A stretch of 64,000 bases of DNA, from positions 1 to 64,000 of the forward strand of contig JBBRUX010000005.1 of the NCBI GenBank assembly GCA_038247415.1, given 5' to 3'. Shown piece after piece: positions 18,452 through 28,449 of the stretch. The notes beneath the pieces were generated by a model. That model had not been told where the DNA came from and did not search any database. It worked only from the letters and a program-made list of their open reading frames with translations. A program made the translations under genes and the position numbers. Numbering within the stretch: position 1 is the first letter of the stretch; the number at the start of each line of letters is the position of its first letter. Source of the DNA: Chitinivibrionales bacterium. GTDB taxonomy: Bacteria > Fibrobacterota > Chitinivibrionia > Chitinivibrionales > WJKA01.

Positions 18452-19255
18452 TTATTTCCCCAACTCACCTGCCCGGTTTGTTGCAGCTGCAACTGCCTTC
18501 ATTACAGAAAACTTAAACTTGTTTTCTTCTAAAGCCATAATACCATGCACCGTTGTGCCGCCAGGAGACATAACTTTAGATTTAAGGACATCGGGAGAAT
18601 CTGTTGACGCCGCTGCCATTTGTGCCGATCCAAGTACCGTTTGTAGGGCAAGTTGCCGAGCAACTGGGGCTGGAAGCCCTGCTAGTACCCCACCCTCGAT
18701 GAGCGCTTCGATAAACAGAAAAACATACGCGGGCCCAGAACCAGAAAGCCCTGTAACAGCATTCATCATCGATTCGGCCACAACAACCGTTTTGCCCAAA
18801 GTATTCAGAACCGACTCAGCTAGAGCCTGATCCAAAGGGCCATGATTTTCGCTTAGGCAAAACGCCGAAATTCCAGCGCCGATGGTTGCTGGAGTATTGG
18901 GCATGACACGACAAATTCTTGCACCAGAAGGCAGGCTACCCTTAAGAGTTGCCATGGTGATTCCTGCAGCAATTGAAATCCAGAGAGGCGCTACAGCATC
19001 ATCGCCAAGAAATTCTGCAACTTGCGCCAACGCACTGCTCATATCAGCAGGCTTTACAGCCATGATGATACAATCGAATTTTCCAAGCGATTTCCATGTT
19101 TGCGGATGCGCAATAGCAAGTCTATCTGATTGAAGTGCGCTTTGCGATGAAACCTTGTCGTATGCAACAACAGACGCTAAAAGTGCTTCGTCTTTGAGCA
19201 ATCCAGCAATCATGGCACTGCCCATGTTGCCCATTCCAACGATACCTATTCGCAT
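18452..19255 (-). CDS. proC: Pyrroline-5-carboxylate reductase
   Basis: GMGNMGSA, MAVKP, RVMPNTP, GSGPAY, SPGGTT. Confidence 0.96.
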   Translation of the reverse strand: MRIGIVGMGNMGSAMIAGLLKDEALLASVVAYDKVSSQSALQSDRLAIAHPQTWKSLGKFDCIIMAVKPADMSSALAQVAEFLGDDAVAPLWISIAAGITMATLKGSLPSGARICRVMPNTPATIGAGISAFCLSENHGPLDQALAESVLNTLGKTVVVAESMMNAVTGLSGSGPAYVFLFIEALIEGGVLAGLPAPVARQLALQTVLGSAQMAAASTDSPDVLKSKVMSPGGTTVHGIMALEENKFKFSVMKAVAAATNRAGELGK

Positions 19256-19269
19256 ATAGTTACCCTTGT

Positions 19270-20517
19270 TTAGCTTTTCATGGATCCTAAAAAGTCTGCG
19301 TTCGTTTTTGAATTAGTCAATTTATCATTCATGAATTCCATTTGTTCAACAGGCGTCATGGTTGCGAGAAATTTTCTCAAAATCCACATATGCTTAAGTT
19401 CTTCGGGTGTTAGAAGTAGTTCTTCTTTACGCGTACCCGATTTAAGGAGGTCCAGAGCTGGGAAAATGCGACGTTCTGCAACTTTGCGATCGAGAACAAG
19501 TTCCATGTTGCCAGTTCCCTTGAATTCTTCGAAAATAACTTCATCCATGCGACTACCCGTATCGATAAGTGCCGAAGCTATAATAGTTAAGCTGCCACCG
19601 CCATCGATATTTCGAGCTGCGCCAAAAAAACGTTTTGGTTTGTAAAGTGCCTGGGAATCCACACCACCAGAGAGAATTCTGCCAGAATGTGGAGCAACTG
19701 TATTATGCGCTCGTGCTAAGCGAGTAATACTATCGAGTAAGATAACAACATCGCGCTGATGCTCAACCAGTCGTTTAGCTCGCTCAATAACCATTTCGGC
19801 AACAACCACGTGTCGTTCTGCTGGTTCATCGAATGTTGAACTGATAACTTCAGCTTTAACCGAACGTTGCATATCGGTAACTTCTTCGGGTCGTTCATCT
19901 ATAAGCAGCACAATAAGAAAAACTTCGGGATGATTTTGTGCAATTGCGTTTGCAATGCTCTTAAGAAGAACCGTTTTACCAGCGCGAGGCGGAGCTACAA
20001 TCAGACCGCGTTGCCCTTTTCCAATAGGGATCAGCATATTCATGATACGCGTTGATGTTTCTTTTGCATCAAATTCAAGATTGAGTCGTTCGTCGGGAAA
20101 AAGCGGGACTAAATTATCAAAGTTAATTTTCTTTTTGCATTCTTCGGGTTCTTCGTAGTTGATTAAATCGACTCGAAGTAAGGCAAAATATCGTTCTGAA
20201 TCCTTTGGGGGCCGAACTTGTCCCGAAACATTATCGCCCGTGCGGAGATGAAACCGCTTAATTTGCGAAGGGGAAACATAAATATCGTCTGGTCCAGATA
20301 AATAGCTATTGAGGGGTGATCGCAAAAAACCAAAGCCATCAGGCATAATTTCGAGAACGCCTTCTGCATACATTTGGCCATTTGCTTGAGCCTGAGTTTG
20401 AGAAATCCGGAATATGAGTTCCTGTCGATCCATTTTGCGGTGATCTTCGATATTAAGACTCAACGCCATTTCGTTCAGCTCGACAATACTCATCGATTTC
20501 AAATCAGCAACGTTCAT
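19270..20517 (-). CDS. rho: Transcription termination factor Rho
   Basis: [52 protein letters not shown]. Confidence 0.98.
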   Translation of the reverse strand: MNVADLKSMSIVELNEMALSLNIEDHRKMDRQELIFRISQTQAQANGQMYAEGVLEIMPDGFGFLRSPLNSYLSGPDDIYVSPSQIKRFHLRTGDNVSGQVRPPKDSERYFALLRVDLINYEEPEECKKKINFDNLVPLFPDERLNLEFDAKETSTRIMNMLIPIGKGQRGLIVAPPRAGKTVLLKSIANAIAQNHPEVFLIVLLIDERPEEVTDMQRSVKAEVISSTFDEPAERHVVVAEMVIERAKRLVEHQRDVVILLDSITRLARAHNTVAPHSGRILSGGVDSQALYKPKRFFGAARNIDGGGSLTIIASALIDTGSRMDEVIFEEFKGTGNMELVLDRKVAERRIFPALDLLKSGTRKEELLLTPEELKHMWILRKFLATMTPVEQMEFMNDKLTNSKTNADFLGSMKS

Positions 20518-20839
20518 GAAAACACCTCAGGAAAAATTTTAAGAAAACATCATACTATGATTAAATAAGCATACCATGCATGCAAAAGAGCAGCGCAGCT
20601 CACGCTACGATATATCAAGTGTTAATAATTGAATAATAGTGCAAATGGATTTTTTCAAGGAATCGAAAACCAATGAGTTGATTTTATAATTACGATACGC
20701 GGAAAATTCTAACAAGTTTATTTAGATTGACACGTTTTCAGAAAATCGTCTTCTGAAAAAACTTACCGCCCGAATTATTTTGGGGGAATTGTACGTGCAA
20801 GTAATGATGTGATTGTAATATTGAACTTATTGCTCTATA

Positions 20840-20868
20840 AATATGGTATGATCGCAAGTCATTGTCAA
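20840..20868 (-). promoter_or_regulatory. Putative sigma70 promoter of rho
   Basis: Minus strand TTGACA-17 bp-CATATT, about 320 bp upstream of the rho ATG. Confidence 0.55.
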
Positions 20869-21098
20869 GAAATAATTAAATCCTTTTCTAAAAATGCGAC
20901 TTTTTTCTCAAATCACCTACATTTTCTACTTCAAAAAAGCCAAAAGTATGCTATTTACATAGTTATCTATGCATGCCTACACTGGCACGTGTTTTGAAAA
21001 TTTTAACCATATACATCTTGTAAAAGAATTTTTTCTACCGATTTATTCTGCAGTATAAAAGTGCCGATACTATAGCCACATTCTATTTTAGCTTCATT

Positions 21099-22493
21099 AT
21101 GAATGATACAACTACACAAGAAGCATTCAGCGCAGTTATGAAAAGCGCTGGATGCGATAATTTGGTGATTGAGACATTTCTATCTCATTTAAGCGCTGCT
21201 AAAAATGGAATTCAAACCTTTATTCCTGAAGCTTCGATAGTAGCGTGCACCCCCAACGATACCATCAACTACGAGCAGCTATCCTGTTCAAATAGCAATA
21301 CAAATCCCCTCTCTCGCTGCGCAATTCTCAAACTTAATGGTGGACTTGGAACTACTATGGGGCTAGAATCCCCTAAATCGCTCATTCCGGTTACTCCGAA
21401 AGCTACCTTTCTCGACTTCACGCTGAAACAAGTTGACTCCTTACGAAAAACAGATTCTGCTTCAAGTCCCTTATTTTTTATGAATAGCTTCAAAACAGAT
21501 GCAGCAACAAAGGATCATTTAGCAGCATCTCAACTAACTCGTAAGGTAATTATCGAATGTTTTACCCAAAACCGGTTCCCAAAAGTAGCACTCGCCGATT
21601 TCTCTTTGCCACAACCATTAGATGAAGAACTGCTGTGGAACCCACCTGGACACGGGGATCTTTATACATGCCTTGTTACAAAAGGAATTCTAGAAAAGCT
21701 TTTAAAGCAAGGGATCGAGTACCTTTTTGTATCAAATATCGACAACCTGGGTGCTTTGCCCGATGAGCGAATCGCGTCTTATTTGCTTGAGAATAAAATT
21801 CCATTTCTCATGGAAGTAGCTTTACGAACCTCTATGGATACAAAAGGCGGGCATCTCGCGAAAACGTTGGAGGGAGCCTTTATATTGCGGGAATCGTCTC
21901 AATGCAGCCCTCAAGACCGTACTTCGTTCGAAGATATTAACGTGCATACATTCTTTAATACCAATAATATATGGATACATCTCAAATCGCTCTCTCATTT
22001 ATTATCTATTCACAATGGGATTTTGCCCTTACCGCTGATTTGCAATCAAAAACATCTTGACCCGCGTGATGCCACAACACAAAAAGTTATACAATTTGAA
22101 ACCGCTATGGGCGCTGCAATCTCACTCTTTGAGGGCGCATCGGTCATGGTCGTTCCCCGTAAACGATTTCTTCCAGTCAAGAGCTGTGCAGAATTGTTGT
22201 TATTGCGCTCAGATTGCTATAGCATCCACGACAATGGGGAAATCAATCCAGCCATTCAAGAAATGCCGTATATAAAGCTCGATCCACGCTACTTTGGCAA
22301 CCTAGACTCTTTCGAATCCCGATTTTCTCATGGATCACCTTCTCTTAAACGATGTAGCCAGCTTTCAATTTTTGGCGATATATTCTTTGGAAAAAACATC
22401 GTGATCGAAGGGGATGTTTCCCTTATCAATTCAAACCCCTCTGCACATTCTATCCCCGACAACACATTTATTAACACTGGATATACCTTTTGA
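21099..22493 (+). CDS. UTP--glucose-1-phosphate uridylyltransferase, eukaryote-type UDPGP family
   Basis: LKLNGGLGTTMG...PKS, FMNSF, WNPPGHGD, SNIDNLGA, KGGHL, FNTNNIW, QFETAMGAAI, RFLPVK. Confidence 0.9.
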   Translation: MNDTTTQEAFSAVMKSAGCDNLVIETFLSHLSAAKNGIQTFIPEASIVACTPNDTINYEQLSCSNSNTNPLSRCAILKLNGGLGTTMGLESPKSLIPVTPKATFLDFTLKQVDSLRKTDSASSPLFFMNSFKTDAATKDHLAASQLTRKVIIECFTQNRFPKVALADFSLPQPLDEELLWNPPGHGDLYTCLVTKGILEKLLKQGIEYLFVSNIDNLGALPDERIASYLLENKIPFLMEVALRTSMDTKGGHLAKTLEGAFILRESSQCSPQDRTSFEDINVHTFFNTNNIWIHLKSLSHLLSIHNGILPLPLICNQKHLDPRDATTQKVIQFETAMGAAISLFEGASVMVVPRKRFLPVKSCAELLLLRSDCYSIHDNGEINPAIQEMPYIKLDPRYFGNLDSFESRFSHGSPSLKRCSQLSIFGDIFFGKNIVIEGDVSLINSNPSAHSIPDNTFINTGYTF

Positions 22494-25048
22494 CAACATC
22501 TTTGGCGAATCTGATCGAAACGAGACTTCTTCCTTTTGTAGAAAAACCAATGCGATACGTTGGCAATGAAGTTAATATTCTCCGAAAAGATCCAAACGAT
22601 GTAACGTTGCGTGGTGTGCTCTGCTTTCCCGATTTATACGACATAGGAATGTCTCATCACGGTCTCCAGATTCTTTATCATTGTATTAATAGCATTAAAG
22701 ACTATTCACTCTGTCGTGCATTTATGCCCTGGGCTGATGCCGAATATATCATGCGTAAAGAAAATATTCCCTTGTACGATCTGGAGAACACATTACCGCT
22801 TGCCCAGGCCGACTGGATCGGTTTTTCGGTTCAATACGAACTGCAATACACCAATATTCTTGCTATGCTCGATCTTGCTCATATTCCCTTATGGGCAACG
22901 GATCGTACCGAATCCGATCCTCTTATTTTATGTGGTGGCCCTTGTATGGGAAATCCAGAACCCATTGCACCCTTTATCGATGCATGTGTTATTGGGGATG
23001 GCGAAGATGTTCTTAAGTCAATTTGTACAGTGCTGGATAGTGCCAAAAAGAGCAAGCTTTCTCGCGCTGCGATTCTTGCACAACTCGACGCGCTAGACGG
23101 CGTATATGTCCCAAGTCTTTTTCCTGCTACCCAGCTTACACGTTATTCGATTCCTGCGCATGCCAAAGGCAAAATAGTACACGCTGCAAAAATCCCCGTT
23201 TTAAGCAAAGAAAATTATCCCAACAAGCCCCTTGTTCCTCTCGTTGAAGTGGTTCATAGCCGGTTGGCAATAGAGATTATGCGTGGCTGCTCACGCGGAT
23301 GTCGTTTTTGCGCTGCTGGAATGTATTACCGCCCAGTTCGTGAACGGCCTATCGATGATATTGTCACCCAAATCTCAGAGTCTGTTGCATCGAGTGGCTG
23401 GTCGGATCTTGGATTATTAAGTTTATCGAGTGCCGATTATTCCGCGCTCCCCGAACTGCTCGACAAAACTCTTATGTTCTCCAAAGAGCACAAACTATCC
23501 ATTTCGCTTCCGTCAACACGCATTGATGCGCTAACGCAAGAGCAAATAGAGGCACTTAATCGTATTTCCCCACTTTCATCGTGCACCATTGCCCCAGAGG
23601 CAGGTAGCGAACGGCTACGCAGAGTGATCAACAAGGATTTCACCGACGAAATCATTATGCGAGTTGTCCAGCAGCTCCTCGATTCGAACGCCCAAACCAT
23701 CAAACTTTACTTTATGATTGGGCTGCCAACCGAAACAGAAGAAGACATCGATGCCATAGTAAATCTTGTTTCGCGTATTGCAGGGCTTGCTCGCGCAGCA
23801 TCACGACGTCGATCAATTAATGTATCGATATCGCCATTCTCACCCAAAGCCCATACCCCATTCCAATGGGATGCCTTGGCTCCAGAAGCTGTTTTAATGT
23901 CGCGCGGGCGCTTCATAAAACAGCAATTATCGAATATAAAAAATGTAAAAGTATCCTACCGCGAAGCCAAAATTACCGTTCTGGAAAGCATCATGGCACG
24001 CGGGGACCGCACCATTGCCAAGCTTATTCATGCAGCCTATATGAACTCGGCTCGATTTGATGGCTGGGATGAATGCTTCAATTTTGCACGATGGGCGCAA
24101 GCTGCGACAGATCTTAAAATCGATTTGGACAATTACCTTAAAGCAATAGAATTGACAGAAGTGTTTCCGTGGTCACATATTTCATGCGGAGTTACCCAGG
24201 CCTTCTTGAAAGAGGAGCGGGAAAAAGCATCTCTGGCGGTACCCACACAAGATTGCAAAACAGGCGCGTGTACGATCTGTGGAATTTGCAAAAAACCATT
24301 CGAAGGAATTGTTCGCGCAACCCAATCGGCAACCATCCTCGTTACTCCACCACCAAAAATCCAAGCCTTGCCAGATAAAAAATTCTCCTATCGTGTAACG
24401 TATCGTAAAGGTAAAGAAATTCGGTTTCTTGGCCATCGAGATATGGTAGATGTAATAACTCGATCGTTTATTGCATCGCGGATCCCCCTTAAATTCTCCG
24501 AGGGTTTTTCTACTCATCCTAAAATTTCTTTTGGCCCGCCACTTCCTCTTGGTGCTGCGGGAATGCAAGAATTATTTGATGTAACTACGATAGCTCCAGT
24601 AGAAGATATGTGTGCAAAAGTCAACAAACTTTTGCCTCCAGGCCTAAAACTTTTAAATCAGCGAGCTCTTCCCGATCAAAAAGCGACCTCTATTTCTGCA
24701 TCATATGCTGCGGGAACTTTTAGTATCGAATGCCCAAAAACCATGAGTTTGGTGGATGCGCAGGAACGAATTGCAGCTACCCTGCACAAAAACGATATCA
24801 TCATAGAAACAATCAAAAACAATCAAAAAGAAACAAGGAATATTAAACCTGCAATTATCGAATGCTTAGCCACAAGCAACGAGGATGGAATCGTTATTTT
24901 AGAAATGTGTCTGGCCCAACATGCAGGATGTACTGCGCGAGCATCAGAAGTACTTGGGATTCTTTTCCCGACAATCTTAAGCGCTGAGTTTATTATTTCT
25001 CGCACGTCATGTCAGACCTTTTTAAACTCTACCCGTACCGAAATCTAA
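22490..25048 (+). CDS. B12-binding-like radical SAM protein (TIGR03960 type) fused to a DUF2344/TIGR03936 domain
   Basis: VEKPMRYVGNE, FPDLYDIGMSH, EIMRGCSRGCRFC, APEAGSERLR; C-terminal RFLGHRD...FSEGFSTHPKISFGPPLPLG. Confidence 0.88.
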   Translation: MTTSLANLIETRLLPFVEKPMRYVGNEVNILRKDPNDVTLRGVLCFPDLYDIGMSHHGLQILYHCINSIKDYSLCRAFMPWADAEYIMRKENIPLYDLENTLPLAQADWIGFSVQYELQYTNILAMLDLAHIPLWATDRTESDPLILCGGPCMGNPEPIAPFIDACVIGDGEDVLKSICTVLDSAKKSKLSRAAILAQLDALDGVYVPSLFPATQLTRYSIPAHAKGKIVHAAKIPVLSKENYPNKPLVPLVEVVHSRLAIEIMRGCSRGCRFCAAGMYYRPVRERPIDDIVTQISESVASSGWSDLGLLSLSSADYSALPELLDKTLMFSKEHKLSISLPSTRIDALTQEQIEALNRISPLSSCTIAPEAGSERLRRVINKDFTDEIIMRVVQQLLDSNAQTIKLYFMIGLPTETEEDIDAIVNLVSRIAGLARAASRRRSINVSISPFSPKAHTPFQWDALAPEAVLMSRGRFIKQQLSNIKNVKVSYREAKITVLESIMARGDRTIAKLIHAAYMNSARFDGWDECFNFARWAQAATDLKIDLDNYLKAIELTEVFPWSHISCGVTQAFLKEEREKASLAVPTQDCKTGACTICGICKKPFEGIVRATQSATILVTPPPKIQALPDKKFSYRVTYRKGKEIRFLGHRDMVDVITRSFIASRIPLKFSEGFSTHPKISFGPPLPLGAAGMQELFDVTTIAPVEDMCAKVNKLLPPGLKLLNQRALPDQKATSISASYAAGTFSIECPKTMSLVDAQERIAATLHKNDIIIETIKNNQKETRNIKPAIIECLATSNEDGIVILEMCLAQHAGCTARASEVLGILFPTILSAEFIISRTSCQTFLNSTRTEI

Positions 25049-25082
25049 TCACCTTTTTTTTCCAAAATCTATATTTAGCCTT

Positions 25083-25583
25083 ATGGTACCACGCAGCTAT
25101 CCAAACGACCTCCTTAATCAGGTGTATGCAACAACCAAAATTCTAAGAAAACCTCTAAGCGGTATTATTTCTGGCTACCACAGTTTGCCATACATACTTA
25201 TCACACCCGATGATGAAAATCCTACGCAAAGCATTAAAATCAATGGTAAGATAGATGTATCACCTCGTTTTTTGATTACCGCAGAACAACTGAGCGATTC
25301 ATTCGGTGATGTTTTTGATCCATCGACCTTTGATAAAGAAATTTCAGGAAGAATGTTTTCTTTCGCGTATGGGATGAAAAAGAATCTGAAAATCAAAAGT
25401 GATTATCTTACCATCACCAATCATGATGAAAAAGCTTCCGATCATGCACATCGAATGCTCGATCAATTAGCGAGTCAAGAAGATGTTGGTACAGCAATTA
25501 TTACAGGACCTGTTTTTCATTATTATCCCATTTCGATCGATCGCTTTATTTCTGAGATTATCGAACGCGAAATGAGAATGTAA
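25083..25583 (+). CDS. Hypothetical protein
   Basis: 166-aa ORF co-oriented within the gene run. Confidence 0.7.
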   Translation: MVPRSYPNDLLNQVYATTKILRKPLSGIISGYHSLPYILITPDDENPTQSIKINGKIDVSPRFLITAEQLSDSFGDVFDPSTFDKEISGRMFSFAYGMKKNLKIKSDYLTITNHDEKASDHAHRMLDQLASQEDVGTAIITGPVFHYYPISIDRFISEIIEREMRM

Positions 25584-25606
25584 AGCTACAAGCAAAGGGC
25601 AGAATT

Positions 25607-25837
25607 ATGTATGAGAAACCTCAATATCTTACCCCTGGCGGGCTTCGAAGATTACGAGCAAACCCGCATCAAGAAGCAACGCAAAAAATAGTACAAGCGC
25701 CCATTCTCCCAAAAAGCACTGCTCCATTATTACCCATTAGACCTATGCAGCATAAACAAAAAGGCATTAAAATCAGCGATGAAGCAGCCAAGCTTATTGC
25801 CGAAGCACTCAAAACAATGCTGCATAGCAAAAAATAA
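25607..25837 (+). CDS. Small hypothetical protein
   Basis: 76-aa ORF filling the gap, helical C-terminus. Confidence 0.55.
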   Translation: MYEKPQYLTPGGLRRLRANPHQEATQKIVQAPILPKSTAPLLPIRPMQHKQKGIKISDEAAKLIAEALKTMLHSKK

Positions 25838-25856
25838 ATAGTAAGAAAGTTCAACA

Positions 25857-26294
25857 ATGTGGCTATTCGATTTTTATCGATTATATGTAAGCATTTCGGC
25901 TGGAATACTTTCCTTTTTTTTCCTTATCCGATCGATTCCCCTTTGTTTAGGCATTTCCGCGAGCACACGGATTTTATGGTGGTTTGTTGAATGGCTTGTT
26001 CAAAGAATCAAAATTCAGCGACAGTTTTCGAAGTTTGGCAACGAATTTAAAGTGCACTATGGGCCCTATGGTATACGCATTGTAAATAAGGCTCAATCCG
26101 ATTTTAGAATCAAAACAAGCTTATGCGAAGTTTTTGTTGAATCTCCCGACAAACTTAAAAAGGCAGTCGAGCAGTTAGAGGTTATGGATACACTGTTTAA
26201 AGCTGGAATGCAGCCACAAGGTGACGATTACTTGCTTCACGACCTTAAGCTCAAATTTGGCAAACTCCGCCTCGAAAAAATCACCACACGTTAA
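25857..26294 (+). CDS. Hypothetical membrane-anchored protein
   Basis: 145 aa, hydrophobic N-terminus. Confidence 0.65.
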   Translation: MWLFDFYRLYVSISAGILSFFFLIRSIPLCLGISASTRILWWFVEWLVQRIKIQRQFSKFGNEFKVHYGPYGIRIVNKAQSDFRIKTSLCEVFVESPDKLKKAVEQLEVMDTLFKAGMQPQGDDYLLHDLKLKFGKLRLEKITTR

Positions 26295-26416
26295 TCCTTG
26301 CATAAAGACTCCCCTATCGGTAAAATTTGTTGTGTTAAAAGCATACTCGTTTTTTGTGCATTGTGCATATTTCTTGACACAACTGTATGATCGCTATTTT
26401 TAAAGGAGCACTACTC

Positions 26417-27637
26417 GTGAACAGATCCATTCTTTTTTTACTTGCTTTGGGTTGTACTTTCTCGCTCTATGCAGCGAATGCCGATATAACCACAAAAATC
26501 GATTCTGTCTATGGAGCCACCGAAGTGCGCAGAGCAGGAAGCCAAAAGTGGGAAACAATCGGCACAGGAGCAAAGCTCTTTAACAATGACATAATCAGAG
26601 TCCTTAATAACTCAATGGTTCGATTACTGAGCTTTGATGGCAATACCGTTTATATTCATGCTAATTCTCAGCTCCTCATCAACAATTTTGAAAATGCTGA
26701 CAAACAATCAGTTTCCGAGCATTTTACGGTTTTTTTTGGCGCAGCCTATTTTTTAATCAACGCAGCATTACCACCTGGTATGCAATTTCATGATGTCAAG
26801 GTGTTTACGCCCACGAGTGTCAGTGCTACCCGCGGGACATCATTTGAGGTAGAGGTTGCAGAAAACACAGGAAGCACCATTGTTCGAGTTGTAAACCATA
26901 CCGTGTTAGTTCGCAACATCATTAAAAATGTTTCTATATTTCTAAAAGCAGGCCTGCAATCTACCATAGAAATAAATACCGATCCAATTCTTCCTCGACC
27001 TTTTTTAGAAAAAGATCTTGCAGCTTTAAAATCGTGGGTTGGGGAAGGCATAATTCAGCGGGAAATGAACACCCAGCTTAGCTCTGCATCGCGTGATCGA
27101 GATATCATTTCTGGCAAGATCGAAAGCCGTCTTGCTATTGCGCCTTTTAAGAACCTTAGCCAATATACGGGCACTTGGAAAATAGACAGCGTTTTTGCAC
27201 GTTCGTTAGCAAACCAAGTTTCATCATCGGTACCTGGGCTCAAAGCAATTATCGGTGATTCTTCGGTCTCTGATCCGCTTGCCTTTGGCGTAGCCCATGG
27301 CGCACGATTTGTTATAACCGGGGTTATCGAAAACTTTGACATTACCCAACATGCCAAGATTTCGGCTCGTGCCGATGAATACAAAGAATATAACACCTCA
27401 ATTGTCAAAATACGCATTCAGCTCACCGATGTCGAAAGCGGTAAACTACTTAATGACAATGCATTTTCCGGTGAATTTACCGATGCTCAAACACCCCAAA
27501 ATTCCTGGAAAGAAATTAGCAAATTGCCTTGTTCTCTGGCAGATAAGAAATTTGTTGGAAGTATTTTAGGAAAATCGATGAAACTTGCACTCGAATCTGC
27601 TACCGAAGAGATGGTGAGATATATTAGGGCACAATAG
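26417..27637 (+). CDS. Exported FecR-domain protein with CsgG/TolB-N-like C-terminal domain
   Basis: GTG start after AAGGAG; signal peptide; VFTPTSVSATRGTSFEV FecR motif; LAIAPFKN...FVITGVIENF...IQLTDVESGKLL. Confidence 0.75.
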   Translation: MNRSILFLLALGCTFSLYAANADITTKIDSVYGATEVRRAGSQKWETIGTGAKLFNNDIIRVLNNSMVRLLSFDGNTVYIHANSQLLINNFENADKQSVSEHFTVFFGAAYFLINAALPPGMQFHDVKVFTPTSVSATRGTSFEVEVAENTGSTIVRVVNHTVLVRNIIKNVSIFLKAGLQSTIEINTDPILPRPFLEKDLAALKSWVGEGIIQREMNTQLSSASRDRDIISGKIESRLAIAPFKNLSQYTGTWKIDSVFARSLANQVSSSVPGLKAIIGDSSVSDPLAFGVAHGARFVITGVIENFDITQHAKISARADEYKEYNTSIVKIRIQLTDVESGKLLNDNAFSGEFTDAQTPQNSWKEISKLPCSLADKKFVGSILGKSMKLALESATEEMVRYIRAQ

Positions 27638-27644
27638 AATTAAC

Positions 27645-28025
27645 TTGCTCATCGTTGCATCTATGCACAAAGCTGACCGCGAAATTCGCTATATTGTGGT
27701 CGAACGTCTCGACAAACCTGGCAAAAAAATTGTATGTCAACAGCTTAACTACGACGCGACCGACAAGATGATAGTGTATAATAGTCCAAACGGATCAACT
27801 TGGAAATCCATTCCTTTCGTTGGCATTATGTACCTCGATATTGATGCATATTATATTTCTTTGGCAGGTGCACCGCTCATCGATATTATTAAATCCAACT
27901 ACAAAAATGAAACTTTTGCAAAAGTCTTTGATTCTTGCCAACCAGTTAAAGACAAATTTGGAACAAAAATCGATATTGATGATTTTGATCAGGCTTTTAC
28001 AACCTTCGCCACCGACTGCAAATAA
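27645..28025 (+). CDS. Hypothetical protein
   Basis: 126-aa ORF followed by a terminator; start uncertain. Confidence 0.55.
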   Translation: MLIVASMHKADREIRYIVVERLDKPGKKIVCQQLNYDATDKMIVYNSPNGSTWKSIPFVGIMYLDIDAYYISLAGAPLIDIIKSNYKNETFAKVFDSCQPVKDKFGTKIDIDDFDQAFTTFATDCK

Positions 28026-28041
28026 CGCTACTTCTAAGCCT

Positions 28042-28081
28042 AAAAAGCCCGAACAATCCAATTTGTTTCGGGTTTTTTTTT
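28042..28081 (+). terminator. Intrinsic terminator
   Basis: AAAAAGCCCGAACAA-loop-TTGTTTCGGG followed by a long T run. Confidence 0.7.
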
Positions 28082-28164
28082 CATCCAATGCTAAACTTTT
28101 TTTACAAAGCTGTCGAAATTTGATTTTTAATCAGCATGATTTTATATTAATAGACTTAAAAATC

Positions 28165-28238
28165 GGGCGTTTAGCTCAGCTGGTTAGAGTACTTGCTTGA
28201 CATGCAAGGGGTCACTGGTTCGAGTCCAGTATCGCCCA
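28165..28238 (+). tRNA. tRNA-Val (GAC), CCA not encoded
   Basis: GGGCGTTTAGCTCAGCTGGTTAGAGTACTTGCTTGACATGCAAGGGGTCACTGGTTCGAGTCCAGTATCGCCCA; anticodon arm CTTGC-TT-GAC-AT-GCAAG. Confidence 0.96.
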
Positions 28239-28449
28239 TTTTAATATTAACCGGATCCTTTTTGCCTTCTTGGTAAAATGACCGATTAATCCAATCACCG
28301 CTGCTAGTGCAGTGGCTGACATGCCTCTGGGGTTCTTCTCTTACCTCATGGCACTGTGATTTTTCACAGCGGAAACGGAAAATAGAGGTTGTACTTTCAA
28401 GTGGTTGCTCACTCACGGTGTGCAGTAACTTATAGTAAAAGACAGAAAC

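Noticed and set aside
28240..28449. T-box or tRNA-Thr-mimic operator in the thrS leader
   Set aside because: Small hairpins are present (CTGTGA-TTTT-TCACAG), but there is no T-box consensus and no convincing Thr anticodon stem-loop.
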